Source of the DNA: Eledone cirrhosa
Lineage: Eukaryota
Direction: 5' to 3'
Length of the DNA: 64,000 nt
Assembly (NCBI GenBank): GCA_964016885.1
Contig: OZ024741.1
Location: 178,808,001 to 178,872,000, forward strand
Shown: one piece after another, positions 14,047 through 31,320 of the stretch
Position numbering within the stretch: the first letter of the stretch is position 1
How the letters are laid out: each line of letters opens with the position of its first letter
Made by a program: the position numbers and the translations under genes
The notes under the pieces: model-generated
Database searches by the model: none
Told to the model about the DNA's origin: nothing
What the model saw: the letters and a program-made list of their open reading frames with translations, nothing else

Positions 14047-14700
14047 AAGGGTCGGACGCCATGCTTTGAAGCATAGAGTTACCTCCCTGTATGATCTGAG
14101 TTCGAATCCCGCCGAGGTTAACTTTGCCTTTCATCCTTACGGGGTCGATAAAATAAAGTACCAGTAATGCACTGGGTAATTGCTGGCCTTGTGCCTAAAG
14201 TAGAAACAATTATTATTATAAAGTACGGTGGATCGGCAGTATCGGTAGAGGGTCGGACGCCATGCTTTGCCGCATAGAGTTACGGCCCTTTATGATCTTA
14301 CGGGGTCAATAAAATAAAGTACCAGTCACGCACTGGGGTCAATTTCATCGACTTTACCATTCTTGTCTATTGGAACGTATCAATTAGCAGGCATACCCTC
14401 TTTTAAAGTCCTTCAGTATAATATCCGGTCTATTTGCATCTATTTTTCGGTCTGTTTGGATGCTAAAGTTCCACAAGATTGGGATGTGATCTTTTTCAAA
14501 TTATTATTATTATTAAGGGCGGTGAATTGGCAGTATCGGTAGAGTGTCGGAGAACATGGTTTGCAGCATATAGTTACCATCTTTTACGTTATGAATTCAT
14601 ATCCCACCGAGGTCAATTTCGCCTTTCATCGTCACAAGGTCTATAAAATAAAGCACCAGTATTTATTAGGGCCAATTTAATCGACTTCCCCCTTCCCTTC
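14047..14700 (+). mobile_element. Cluster of three SINE copies around an R4/Dong fragment
   Basis: SINE cores at about 14047-14220, 14225-14357 and 14518-14700. Confidence 0.8.
14358..14499 (-). mobile_element. Internal fragment of the R4/Dong LINE (endonuclease region)
   Basis: Nearly identical to 42193-42338 (a 4-nt deletion and about 2 substitutions) and adjacent to (ATT)n. Confidence 0.9.
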
Positions 14701-14719
14701 AAATATCACCTCTAATGTA

Positions 14720-15700
14720 TATCTTGTAGTCAGAGAACATGATATCTAAACCCATTTCATCAAGGACGTTTTTCTTTTTTGTTTTGTTTCCTTCTTAATA
14801 AATTTGTATTCAGTGGATTTTTCTTCTGTCAGGCTACTCTGAACCACTCACTACTTGCTTTTGCCAACTAACGGGCCGCTCTCACTTTTGTCTCCTTAAA
14901 AACCTTAATCCTTTTCCTCCGCCACTAAGTTTTAAGTACAAGTCTTCCTTGCCAGATTGTCTGCCTTAGAAATTCGTGTTCCTCAGCGCTCTCTTTATCA
15001 GCATATCAAGTTTTCTTTTAATTTGTTTCCTGGAAAACATCAAGCATCCATAGAGTAATCAGATACGGTAATGGTTGGCGAATCATCCACACCAAGTATT
15101 TACTTGCATATCACTTTATTCGCTACAGTCGTGTTTACGTTTTGCAATTTTCTCCTATTAACACATTATCTTGAGGTATGTAGTTTCGCCAGCAGCTCGA
15201 GAAATCATCTTTCAAACTCCTTTTCGTCATTTGAAAGTTTAGTTGCACTTTGTAGATCAGTTACTTAACGCCATTCTTCATCTGATATGATATCCATGTT
15301 TTCACACTCTCCTTCGTGAGTACTGTCATTTTTCTGGCCAATAACTTCATTAAAGTTGACTGGTCTCTAGTTACAGGGGAATTGTGCAACCTCTAGTTGA
15401 CAAGGATTTCCTATACTGTACTGTTTCTGCTCTTTTCTTGTCCAGTACCAGATTAGAAATGGTTCGTTCCTTTTTAAATCTGGCAACATTATCTCTTAAA
15501 AATAGAGCGGGTAGATACGAGTATTCGTGATACACTGTATTCCATAACTTTTGTACATGTTTCATAAATCCGAAGACTTCTTTTCTATCCTCACTTTCAA
15601 TCTGCACAAGTTTGTCCATCATTTTAACTCTTCAATTTAAGTTTTCTTTTATTCTTTTATTCTGGCCCACCTTTTAGGATGCAGCAATATTTTCATCACA
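14720..15700 (-). mobile_element. Degenerate 5' region of a non-LTR retrotransposon (probably R4/RLE type)
   Basis: GFMKHVQKLWNTVYHEYSYLPALFLRDNVARF resembles N-termini of RLE-type LINE ORFs. The region is heavily decayed. Confidence 0.4.
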
Positions 15701-17455
15701 TTGTACCATGGTTTTATTCCTCTCCTCCTTAAATGTTCCTGCATTACAACATAAATTGTGTGTTGGCCTTTTCTACTTGCGTGGAAATACAATATCCCAT
15801 CCCTCCTTAACTCTTTTCATAAACCCATGTCCTTTAGGCCTCTCTTTTTTATCAATCTCTACTAATCGATATTTTCCCTCCTCACTGCAACCATAGCTTT
15901 TGTTAAGGCACCTAACACTTTGTGATTAATTGTAATTAATCATGCCAGCATTTTCTAGTGAAGATACTAACAGTGAAGCCTGAAGCATCGCCTAAAGATT
16001 TATTGATGCTCTTCAAAAGAGATAATCGATAAGTTTGATCAAGATTCTCTATTCTGTTCCGAGGAGTAGAGCCCGGGTATAAGATTGTCTATCCATGGTT
16101 GCCCGGTACTATAGATGAGGATGTTTACTGAAACAATACTTGCCCAAAATGACACTCGGTGAGAGTGTACACGAAACCATGTGGTTGCAAATCGAACTCA
16201 TTTGCCATACAGCTATGCTTGCACTGTTACGTTAACTTTTTCAATTGTGTGTGAATTTGTTTGTGTGTATGTGAGTGTCTGTGTGTGTATTATGTGTGTA
16301 TGTGTGTGTGTGGGTGTGTGTCTGTGTGTGTGTGTGTCGTTTGCCATGAATACTAACGACGAATGTAATCACAGGTAGAAAAAAACAACAGGAATGAATG
16401 TGATTTTGAAACAATACTTAGTATATTTATTCTGCCCAGAGGTGCAACCAGTTCTTTGTCCCTCTTTTCGATAGACACCTCTAACAAAAGACTCTGTTGT
16501 CCATCTCTTACGACGTAAAATAAATAAAGTAAGATATTTCCCTTAACTCCTGAGGAAGTCGCATGATCACTGTCGTGGTATTTAAAACTTACAGAGCCTA
16601 TCCATATTCAGGAGAGGAATAGGGAGAAAGAAAAAGAGGGGGGGAGAGATGGGAAGAATCTACCCTAGTCTTGGAATAATACGTTATTTATCGACCTTAA
16701 AAAGACAAAAAGCAAAGTTGACTACGATGAGGTGTTCATTTAGAGCGCAGAGAGAGATAGGGAAATACCGCAAATCATTCTGCCATTGAGATCCTAAAGA
16801 TTCTGTCAATTCGCTAACTTCAAAGTTGTTGTTATTAGTCCGAAAAACTATAATATTAATTTACTCTCACAGCCTACATCATGATTAGTTTCATCTATTT
16901 GTACTTTAATAACTTTACTATTCCTTTCCATCTGATGTTTCTGGTCAGAAGGGACATGGTGACTATCGGTTTATCGGAAAGAGAGGTACTTAGCTTTTAC
17001 TTTCTTTTCACTCTCTTTGATTATTACGATATCTGACATGTTTTCTTTGATGTTGTTGCCAGTCAAGATAGACATAGCCCAGAGCCGTTGATCATGTTAT
17101 ATTACGTTATTGTCGTACATGGATGATTTGGTGCGTGTTTTTTCCCACTTATATTTCGGTTTTCATTAGAAAATATCTGCACAATACCCTAAGGATATAT
17201 ATAGTCATCTACCAAGTTTGTCTATTGATATACATACATATAAACCTATATATATATATATATATTAGTCTCAGTCATTAGACTACTGCCTTGCCGGTGC
17301 TCAGTCGTAAAGAATTGTGTCGTGTCGATCATATCAACACCAATACTAATTTCTTTCATGTCTGGTACTTATTTTTATTGATCTCTATTTGTCGTCGAGC
17401 GGCTTACTTATATGATATAAACAACCGTTAAATGTAAACACACACTCACACATGT

Positions 17456-17531
<76 letters not shown>

Positions 17532-17533
17532 AC

Positions 17534-17692
17534 ATGGACACACTAGAAGAGGAAGACCAAGGTTAACGTATGTTGATGCCCTAAGGACAGACACTGGTCT
17601 GTTGGAGATGCAGGACATGGCAGCGATAATGAGGGACAGGGACCGCTTGAGAGAGCTCGTCCATGGATCTCGGGAATTTTACCCGCCTTAGA
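17534..17692 (+). mobile_element. RTE-like LINE 3' terminal fragment
   Basis: HGHTRRGRPRLTYVDALRTDTG...RDRLRELVH, the same family as 21014-21173, embedded in (TA)n. Confidence 0.8.
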
Positions 17693-17714
17693 TAGATATA
17701 TATATATATATATA

Positions 17715-17914
<200 letters not shown>

Positions 17915-17925
17915 AAAAAATTCCG

Positions 17926-18339
17926 AGTAGTTTCAGATGTTAAAGTCCTTTATTGATAAGGCTGTGATACATATTTCAATGACGACAGTGGCCACGCAAT
18001 TCCACCTGACCAGTGCCATTATCTCATCTTACATAATAACGTTACGTTCTCGAGGCAATCCAAATTAAAATGACAAGAGAACGGACAAAGTTGATGATTT
18101 TGAAGCCTCGAAACGTAACCTTATTATGTAGGAAGCTGTATGATGAAATCATGGCACTGGTTAGGCGGAATCATGTGGCCACTGTCGTCATCGAAATATG
18201 TATCACAGCCTTATCAATAAAGAATTTTACGATCTGAAACTACTTTGCATTTTCTTATTCTAAATATACTCCGTCATTTCTATGTGGATAAAGTAGGTAG
18301 AGTGCTTGAATTGAATTGCATCAATATTTACCGTAAGTG

Positions 18340-18340
<1 letters not shown>
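17926..18340 (+). mobile_element. Fold-back + tail element, family C
   Basis: Inverted arms of about 130 bp spanning 17926-18244, a TTGATGA...CGAAAC relic, AATAAA and a tail with GAGTGCT. Flanked by (GA)n/(TA)n. Confidence 0.7.
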
Positions 18341-18423
<83 letters not shown>

Positions 18424-18969
18424 AGTGGAAGCTTAGTAAAATCGAAACTTTGGCTGTGGCCAAGCTAACGACCTACAATTAGGAATGAGCAGCAAAGCAC
18501 TCAATACGTTTAGACAGCTTGACAAATTGAAAATTGCGGCAGGTAGACCTAGCCACACAATACCAAAAACAACGAAAAAACTAATCAGGTTAGACAACTG
18601 ACCTGGACATATCGAACGATATTTTGCAATACGTCCGATAGGTTTCTATGAAATCGAAATCATCCATCCAACTTACGTAATATGTAAGCCTGTGGTATTC
18701 CATGATCGAACAGTGGATTCACGTCATCAACAGGAAATGTCGTTCTATGCCTCAAGCCGCTGTCGAATGTATGGCCGAACTGCTACCGTTGGCAGCCCTC
18801 AGTGTTTCACTGTCGCGTGTTATTTCCAATAAGGGAAGTAACCCCCGGTTTTTGGCGGGCAAAATCAAAATGTGAATAAAGGAAATCATTCCGAATGAAA
18901 AGCTCTCGACTAGACGTTATTAAACAAACATAAATAATTAACCAATCAATGGAATTGTAATTGTCTAAT

Positions 18970-19020
<51 letters not shown>

Positions 19021-19220
19021 AAGAAGAGACTTATATCATAAGAGTGGAAGAGAAAGAATTATGATAAAATATATTAGATGCCAATAGCCGAAGTGAAGAG
19101 CGCACAATGCTTGGAAATACAATGTTAAATATTATAGAAAGGTTAATAGTTAATGAGAGTCAAGCGCAGGTATAAGCAAAATAAATGAGGAGAATGCAAC
19201 ACATTCAAAAACAAAATTTA

Positions 19221-19335
19221 CTCCTTATATGGTGTTTCATCTACGAGATATCAATATAACAGTTATATACATATATGTGTGTACGTATACATATATATTG
19301 CTATAAGGGATATTTTCATAGAATCTTCAGAGAAG
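19221..19335 (-). ncRNA. Degenerate hammerhead with long stem II
   Basis: cttct CTGAAGA t-tctatga...tcgtaga-t GAAAC accat ATA aggag. Stem I is 5 bp and stem III has a C.A mismatch. Confidence 0.45.
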
Positions 19336-19466
19336 AAACATTGTCTTTAATGATGCTGCTGGAAGGTAGTACAATTTATATAACAGCGAACGAAATTTAC
19401 CATTACTAGAATAAATATTCCTTTACAGGAATGCCCAGATAAAACGTCAGAGTGCATGCCTATGCC

Positions 19467-19550
<84 letters not shown>

Positions 19551-19726
19551 GAGAGGGGGGGGGGGGGGACACTGGAAGGTAATATCCGTAATGGTAGAGC
19601 ACTCAGTCCATGGGACGAATTAGGTAGAAGTGGTAACACAACAGCACCCGCTCAGGTGAAACAATTGTTCTCGATATGGTGAACTAACTGTTCTGTTACC
19701 ACTTATATATATACATATATATATAC

Positions 19727-19772
<46 letters not shown>

Positions 19773-19908
19773 TATATATATTGTGTTGTTGTGTTGAGGC
19801 AAATAACTATGTGTATACTCTGGTAATGTATCTTACGTTGCCCATTGAGTGCGCTGAGATACAACCGGTACTGGCATTGATAAATATGGTGGGTCTGTCA
19901 ACCCTTAT

Positions 19909-19966
<58 letters not shown>

Positions 19967-20544
19967 TAACTTGTTAAAGTGTTCATCGAGTAGAATACAA
20001 GCCAAACTAACTAATGCAAGAAAGTTTCACTCGCATCTTATGCCTAACTGCAGCTTCTGGAATTAATATACAATGTTAATTATGTTAAATATATTAAGAA
20101 AACCAGCATTCGAAAAAATTCTCTCAACAGACCATTTCGTTAGAAGTAGAAAAATAATATTCACGTTAGTAAATGGACTTTATCCTTATAGAACCAGCGT
20201 GATGCATATACTTACATGAGTGCGTGGTTCGACCAACTAAATGAATATCTGTATATTAAGGATAATATGGCAGGTTCTTAATGACGCAAGAAATAGTACC
20301 CATGAAACCTGTCTACAGCAACTCAATAATTAAGGATTAGTAAATATCAATGAAGAGAAAAAGACAAAGGAAACGTTATTTATCCCATATATACTGTACA
20401 TCTCATGGAAAAGATAGCTAAAAATATTTAAATCAGAGACGCATATAAACGTGATACACTCTTTCATTAATTAGTTTTGCTTGTATTCTAACTAATAGAG
20501 ACATTGACATAAATTAAGCTGTTGATATTCATTTCTGATTTAGA

Positions 20545-21172
20545 TATCTTTAGCTGTTGAGATGATTATGAATGTAGGCGGGAAGCCGCTAGAGTGGTTG
20601 AGGGATTCCTGTATCTGGGAGCAAAGATTGGAAACACAGAAGATGATGTAGTGGAGAGGAAGAGCAAAGTTTGGGCGACGTGTCACAGTCTGAGGTCGAT
20701 GTGGAAGTCGGACTTTCGCAAATACCTGAAGAGCCGTCTCTTCATCGCTACAGTGGAGTCTGTGCTGCTGTACGGGTCTGAGACTTGGACATTGACCAAG
20801 CGATTCATTCATATGGTGGATAGGTGCTACACTAGAATGCTGTGGACGGCTCTGAACATTAATCAGTATGCACTGAGGATGAAGAACTGAGAGCTGTACT
20901 TGAGCCTCCCAAAAGTCAGCTCGAAAGTAACACAGAGGAGACTGGGGTTAGCTGGATAGGCTCACCGACATTCAGAGTTGACATTGCATTCGGCGGTCCT
21001 GTGCAAGCCCCTACACGGACACTCTAGAAGAGGGACACCGAGGATGACATATATTGATGCCCTAAGGACGCACACTGGTCTCTGGGAAACGCAGAGCATC
21101 GCAGCGATGAGGAGGGACAGAGACCGCTGGAGAGAACTCGTCCATGGATCTTTGGAATTTTACCCGCCCTAG

Positions 21173-21173
<1 letters not shown>
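20545..21173 (+). mobile_element. RTE-like LINE 3' fragment
   Basis: VEGFLYLGAKIG...ATVESVLLYGSETWTLTK...RRGTPRMTYIDAL...DRDRWRELVH with stops. Confidence 0.85.
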
Positions 21174-21259
<86 letters not shown>

Positions 21260-21607
21260 GGTGAGAATAAAGTATTTGAAACAAAAAAAACACTGATCTT
21301 TTTGTTTCATAGATGCCATTTTGTTACTGAAAATTACAACTACTTCCTGTAGAAGATAAAATATCAAACTTGAAATTTATATATTAAAACAATAAACAAG
21401 CAAAATCTCAAATAGTATCCGAGATATAGTATTTTATAACCAGCTCGTTCTGCATATATATATATATCTCAATGATGGGTTTCCACGTAGTTTTCGTACC
21501 AAATTTCTCTTACAATGCAGAAAATATTTACCCAAAGTGCTAAGCGGAGGGACTCAACCGGAACCCAAGTTTCTGCGAAACCAACTCCTTGATGACAAGG
21601 CATCAGG

Positions 21608-21960
21608 AAATAATTGTTTCTACTTTAGGCACAAGGCCAGCAATAACCCAGTGCATTACTGGTACTTTATTTTATCGACCCCGTAAGGATGAAAGGCAAA
21701 GTTAACCTCGACAGGATTTGAACTCAGACCGTAAATGGACGTAACTATGCTAGAAAGCATGGTGTCCGACCCTCAACCGATACTGCCAATTCACCAGGAA
21801 ATAATTGTTTCTACTTTCGGCACAAGGCCAGCATTTACTGGTACTTTATTTTATCGACCTCGTAAGGATGAAAGGCAAAGTTAACCTCGGCGGGATTTGA
21901 ACTCAGATCGTAAAGGGACGTAACTGTGCTGGAAAGCATGTCTGACCCTCTAATTCACCA
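21608..21960 (-). mobile_element. Two head-to-tail SINE copies (short variant)
   Basis: The family core occurs twice, with the junction motif CAGGAAATAAT repeated. Confidence 0.85.
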
Positions 21961-22504
21961 GGAAATAATGTGATGTAATACGTATTTATGTTAACTGCTA
22001 CATAACATAGTCTGATGTTGGGAACAGTTTATTGTTTAAACATTTCATTTTGTTGTTTAGCGATGCAGGTTTAATCTCCTGCAGTTAAAATTAAACATAC
22101 TATAGCTTTGAAACATTGTAACTTTGTATGAAGGCACGTGGGCTAGTGCTTAGTGTGCTCATGATCTTAATATTATGGTTTCGATCCTTGGCCTCGGCTG
22201 CAGTTTTATTCTTCAGCAAGAGGCTATATTTCGCATTGCTTTTCATGATAAGATTGGCGACCCCAATCATTAAAGGACCTGATTAGACTCCTACCCAATA
22301 GAACCTCGTAGGAGGCCGGATAAGCCTGCATATATGTGAGCTGCAGATTTTATTTCATATTATCTCTCTTCTGCAGTAACCATCTCATGATATACATTAT
22401 GAATGGTTTTTTGTTGTTTTTTTTGTTATTGTTTTCTTATCTATGCTTTTTAAAATTTCGGGAGTTCAGCAATATATATTTTCCTTTACTTATTTTTACA
22501 TTTA

Positions 22505-25850
<3,346 letters not shown>

Positions 25851-26015
25851 ATATGAATATTTATATATATAGAGAGAATATGAATTGCATCAATGTTTAC
25901 CCGAAGTATATATATATATATGTATATTTCGGGTTCAATCCGGGGTAACCGCATGATGATTTCTCCCGAATGAAACAGTTCTAGTCCTGTAGAAGCCATT
26001 TCTATATTAAATATA

Positions 26016-26062
<47 letters not shown>

Positions 26063-26323
26063 GGAAAAATTGAAACGAAATTTTATTTCCCACTCTTATT
26101 ACGGCTGTTACTTAATTATAAGTATGTACACGTACATACATATATGTATACAGACGTACAGTAGTATGTATATATATATACATACATGCACACATGTATA
26201 TGTGTACGTATGGATTCACCGAATATTTATTATAATGCTCGGTGTGTTTGTAAACAAACATCCCGTATTAAGCCGTAGTTTCCAGCAACCATCGTTGCTC
26301 GTTTGTTCAACACTGACAAAGGA

Positions 26324-26366
26324 ACGCTGTACTAGTTTCAAGCTTATTAGCTATCGTCAGCAACGT
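26324..26366 (-). ncRNA. Minimal type-I hammerhead ribozyme (mirror copy)
   Basis: Exact reverse complement of 26593-26635. Confidence 0.75.
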
Positions 26367-26592
26367 ATACCTTCCTGCCAGATTGTTGAACGTATATACT
26401 TACCTTATGCATATTAACGGCTGAGTAGCCCAATTTGCATATCGAGTGGGAAATGAAATTTCGTTTCACTTTTTCCGTTTATCGTTCTCGGTCCACCCGG
26501 CCGATTAACCCACTCGATATGCAAATTAGGCTACTCAGCCGTTAATATGCATAAGGTAAGTATATACGTTCAACAATCTGGCAGGAAGGTAT

Positions 26593-26635
26593 ACGTTGCT
26601 GACGATAGCTAATAAGCTTGAAACTAGTACAGCGT
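26593..26635 (+). ncRNA. Minimal type-I hammerhead ribozyme, intact core
   Basis: acgttg CTGACGA t agct aata agct t GAAAC ta GTA cagcgt. Stem I is 6 bp, stem II is 4 bp, stem III is the palindrome ACTAGT and the cleavage triplet is GUA. Confidence 0.8.
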
Positions 26636-26834
26636 TCCTTTGTCAGTGTTGAACAAACGAGCAACGGTGGTTGCTGGACACTACGGCTTAATACGGGATG
26701 TTTGTTTACAAACACACCGAGCATTATAATAAATATTCGGTGAATCCATACGTACATATATGTATGTGTTCATGTATATATATATACATACTACTGTACG
26801 TCTGTATACATATATGTATGTACGTGTACATACT

Positions 26835-26855
26835 TATATATATATATATATATAT

Positions 26856-26886
<31 letters not shown>

Positions 26887-27183
26887 TATAAATATATATA
26901 TATATATTATATAAATATATATATATATATATATTATATAAATATATATATATATATGTATTATATAAATATATATATATATATTATATAAATATATATA
27001 TATATATATATTATATAAATATATATATATATATTATATAAATATATATATATATTATATAAATATATATATATATATTATATAAATATATATATATTAT
27101 ATAAATATATATATATATTATATAAATATATATATATATTATATAAATATATATATATATTATATAAATATATATATATATAT

Positions 27184-27222
<39 letters not shown>

Positions 27223-27231
27223 AATATATAT

Positions 27232-27304
<73 letters not shown>

Positions 27305-27305
27305 T
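26835..27305. repeat. (TA)n-derived minisatellite, unit about TATTATATAAA(TA)n
   Basis: Direct inspection. Confidence 0.9.
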
Positions 27306-28089
27306 ACACTAAATATAGTTCCTAATCTATACCTTAGACCAAAGACAAATTTGTTTTATATTTTGTTTATTTTTCAGGCTGTATCATTTTACTAATTAGT
27401 CTATGTTTGCTTTTTCCTAATTATTTTCAAGACAACATTGTGTCTACTTTGTAGTGTCTATCTTTTAATCTTTCTCCCCTGTGTGTCTGATTAGTGTAAC
27501 ATATGTATATTATCTGTAGGTGCCTCCGGAAAGCAGTCGCTCGTGTAGAGTTTTTTGGAGATCACTTTTTTCAGTCATTGTTTTTTCTCCTTTCTTTTTT
27601 TTTTTTTTTGTTTAATGCATTTTCTTAAATATTTTATCTGTTTAATCTGCTTCGAAGCAATTGTATAGTTGATACTTTTCGAACTCTGTGATTTGAATAT
27701 TTAAATTGAAATTAAAATTAGCAATTTTGATTTTTATTCTCTTCAGAATACTTTTTAACATTTTTCTCATTTTGTATTTTCATATCCTTGCTGAATTCCT
27801 ATGCACTTGAATTTACTTGGTTCTCAAGCTAGATATTGTTTCTGGCATGTAATTTTTCAATCATACATATTGAAGAGATGGTTTATAGTTTTTCCATATC
27901 ATTTATATCTAATGGTGGTTTATAATTCAAGACTTGTTAGCAGAGTCAGAGAACTAGCCAAGAAGAGTAATGGAGGTGAAGTACTAGTTTTATTATCTTC
28001 TGCTTAATCTTGCAGTGTTAGTGATTATATCTCTTTGACACTTGGCTGAGATAATGCTTTACTCTAATTCAGAGGTTAAGAATTCTTTC

Positions 28090-28275
28090 TAACATTGCCT
28101 CAATGTCAGCAATTTAAGGAAAGGGGGAAAGTCGATTATATCGACTCCAATACTTTACTGGTACATTAGTTTAACGACACCGAAAGGATAAAAGGTAAAG
28201 TTGACCTGCGTCGGATTTGAACTTAGTACGTGGCATGTTCTCCGATGCTCTATCAATGTTGCCCATATATCACCT
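28090..28275 (-). mobile_element. tRNA-derived SINE (diverged)
   Basis: AAAGTCGATTATATCGAC...GGATTTGAACTTAG. Confidence 0.7.
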
Positions 28276-28364
28276 CTACTATAGTCAATAATAAAGGACT
28301 TCACTCATCCCCCAACCAAATGTAGTGATCATATAATATGTATACGTCGGTGCTGGCTAGTAAA

Positions 28365-28515
28365 ACTAAGTGGTTAGGAAACTCGCTTCGCAATCATGTG
28401 GCTTCAAGTTCGATCCCACTGAGTAGCATGTTGGGTGTCTTTATCATAGCCGCGAAATGACCCTAGCTTTGCACGTCTAAGTGAATTGACGGAAAATGTA
28501 TGGAAGCGTGTCAAG
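28365..28515 (+). mobile_element. Second tRNA-derived SINE family (diverged)
   Basis: AGTGGTTAGGAAACTCGCTTCGCAATCATGTGG...GTTCGATCCCACTG (A/B boxes). A related minus-strand copy lies at about 21470-21600. Confidence 0.6.
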
Positions 28516-28711
28516 TGGATTATTCCCATAATTCAAAGGGAAATCCTTATTGTGTCGCGCTGGTTTATACCGAGATTTATATTTAAAGGATATTTCTCTA
28601 CAATACTCAAACTTTTACATGGTGGTCGTGATGGTGGTGATAGTGGTGATTAGGGTGATATTGGTTATGAAGTTTATACATACACATATTTCTCTCTATA
28701 TATATATCAAA

Positions 28712-28840
28712 TAGGGTGTGGTAAAAACCAGGTAGACCATAACCCACCAGAGCGCTCGATACTTGTGGTAGTGGAGTGGGTAATATGTTCGAATCTAGCT
28801 GTGGAAACGGCCGAAGTTCAGTAATTGGAGTCCTGAATCT

Positions 28841-28845
<5 letters not shown>
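28712..28845 (-). mobile_element. Diverged family B tail fragment
   Basis: GTGGTAAAAACCAGGTAGACCATAACCCACCAGAGCGCTCGATACTTG aligns with 54143-54191. Confidence 0.7.
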
Positions 28846-28906
<61 letters not shown>

Positions 28907-29099
28907 ATAATTGTATGTTCATACAATAGTTATATATAATCAAAGAGTGGATACACAAATACGTTGAGGGAAATGAAATTAATAAACAAGAACAAAAAGT
29001 AGGGAAGCGGAACTCATATAGGTGCAAAGACCAACTATTGATTAATAAGGTGACTCTAGAATATTGTCGGTCCAAAAAGAAAAATTTTAGCACTATTTG

Positions 29100-29286
29100 G
29101 ATTCATTATAGAAAGGCCCATGAATGAATATGGGGAGCCCTAGAAATTTACAAAAATATCCCCCATAATATCTAACTTTTTGCGAGTCGGCATGACAAAA
29201 TGGAGTACAACTCTTTTGTTAAACCATAACAAAGGAGTCATAAAGTCAAATAAACTTACAATCAATTGCAGAATATTTCAAAGCGA

Positions 29287-29378
<92 letters not shown>

Positions 29379-31320
29379 GTCTTGCCTTTTTTTCCAGTAT
29401 CAAGTGAGCTCAACCGGATGCGCGTATAGGATGATCAGTAACAATAATATCAGTAAACATTTGTTTTTAGGGATTAGCTAAAATTGTACGCTAAAATCGA
29501 GCAAGAGTTAAAAGGGATTTTAACAACTGTCATGCAATAAAACATAGGCATAGAATTTGGCCTTGGCAAATGCGCCAAACCAACATTTAACAGAGGAAAA
29601 CTAACAAAATCATGATGTTAAACTTGTTATAGATACAACCAGACAGATGTTAAACCCAGAAGGTATCTAAAAATATCTAAACATAAACGAAGGGGATGAA
29701 ATTAAACATAATCAAATGAAGGAGAAAATACGGATAGAAAATTACATAAGAGTAAGGCTGATCCTGAAAACTGAACTACATTTTAAAAATCGTTTTCAGG
29801 CTATAGACACCTTAGCAGTACCAGTGGTATGATACAGTTATAGCATCATCATTTGGAACTTATCTGATCTTCAAAGAATGGACTCCAAAACGTGCAAACT
29901 CCTTACAGCCAACAAAATGCATCACCGCAAGGAAGACGTAGATCGCCTATAGTTGCCAAGACAAGAAAGAAGAAGAAGACTAATCCAACTGGGACTGCCA
30001 TACAAAATTGCTACAATAGGCTTACAAACATACATAGAGAGCAGCAATGACTGGATGGTGATGTTAGAAAGAGAACACGAAAACTAAAAGAAACTTTATA
30101 CAGTACTCAAAGGGGTAGGAAATTAATGGTAAGAAAGTTGAAGACATACATCTAAATAATGAAGCTGGCCTAATTCCAACTGGGGCAGCAAAAGTTCACA
30201 GAAGCAAGTCAATCCTAGAAGGTCGAAAAACTTTTAGAGAAAGATGGCAACAAAAACCTCAGCATGGCCAATTCCCGCATCGCACCCAAGATGCTGATGT
30301 AAATTAATCTGAAACCCATCAGTAGCAACGAAGTTTGGTTTTAAAGGCTGAAATAGAAGGTTCTCGTTTTGCTGCCCAGGACCAGAGCTTCTTTACTAGG
30401 AATTATCAGGCAAATATTCTCTGAAATGGTGTAAACCATAAATTCAGGATATGTAACATACAGCTTGAAAACTTGACCATATAATATAAGAATGCCCCAC
30501 ACTAACACCAACTGAATATAAGTTTAGATATGATATAACATGATATGATAGGGCAATACATTCACTGGATAACATACAAAAAATACGATGCAAAACATGA
30601 ATAAAACTGGTATGAATACAAACCACAACCAGTAACTGAGACTGAAGGTGTAACAAACTTTTGGGACTTTACCATTCACACAGATTGCATTATTAATGAG
30701 AACTGCCCTGATATTATTATTAAAGATTTCATAACAAGACTTACTTACTCATTGACATCACTGTATTGTATGAGAGAAGTGTGTCAGCAAAATATAAAGA
30801 TCTGAAAATTAAGATAAACAGGATGTAGCTCGTTTAAACTCAAACTAATCCGGTAGTGATAGGAGCTCTAGGTGTCATAAAGAAAGGTATTCAAAAGTTT
30901 CTAGAAAATATACCTGGTAAACCTAGCCTCTATGACATCCAAAAGATAGTTCTAAGAAGCGCAGCTCACATATTTCGTAATTCTTGTCCTTGAAATATAT
31001 GCCAACACAATCTTTTCTGTTAATTTTTATAGTAAATTTAATTGATATTTAATACCATTAAAATATCCCAAGTACAAAATTAATTCCTATCCTTTATACT
31101 CCTTAATACTTCTTTTCATTTCTTCCTACTCCTACCTTTCTATATTCATTTTATCAATTTTTTAAAAACTTATTTACCAATCAGCTTTTGTAATGTAACT
31201 TGCTAAGTGAATGTGAGGACAGAACAATATAGAAAATAAGAAGCTATCGAAAACAGTCAAAACTAACTATGGCTGCCTGGTGTATACTACTTGGGAGTCA
31301 TTGCATTTATTATGAAATCA
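29100..31320 (+). mobile_element. Degenerate R4/Dong-type LINE (RT to RLE and 3' UTR)
   Basis: INCRIFQSDSL[CT expansion]PLLFCLA, MHHRKEDVDRL, AAQDQS and WDFTIHTD align with the ORFs at 42223-43777. A (GAA)n run follows. Confidence 0.8.

Larger units (their letters stand above)
26058..26838. mobile_element. Large fold-back element (about 330-bp arms) with a hammerhead in each arm
   Basis: Arms 26117-26450 and 26509-26838 are nearly identical, giving mirror ORFs in the track. An extra short IR pairs 26058-26097 with 26444-26480. Flanked by (TA)n. Confidence 0.85.

Noticed and set aside
25928-26010. ATGATGA...GAAAC hammerhead-like strings (also about 8345-8372 and 18640-18730)
   Set aside because: Too many core mismatches and no convincing stem I.
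26070-26757. Two near-identical ORFs on opposite strands
   Set aside because: They are a by-product of the DNA palindrome and carry no recognisable domain.
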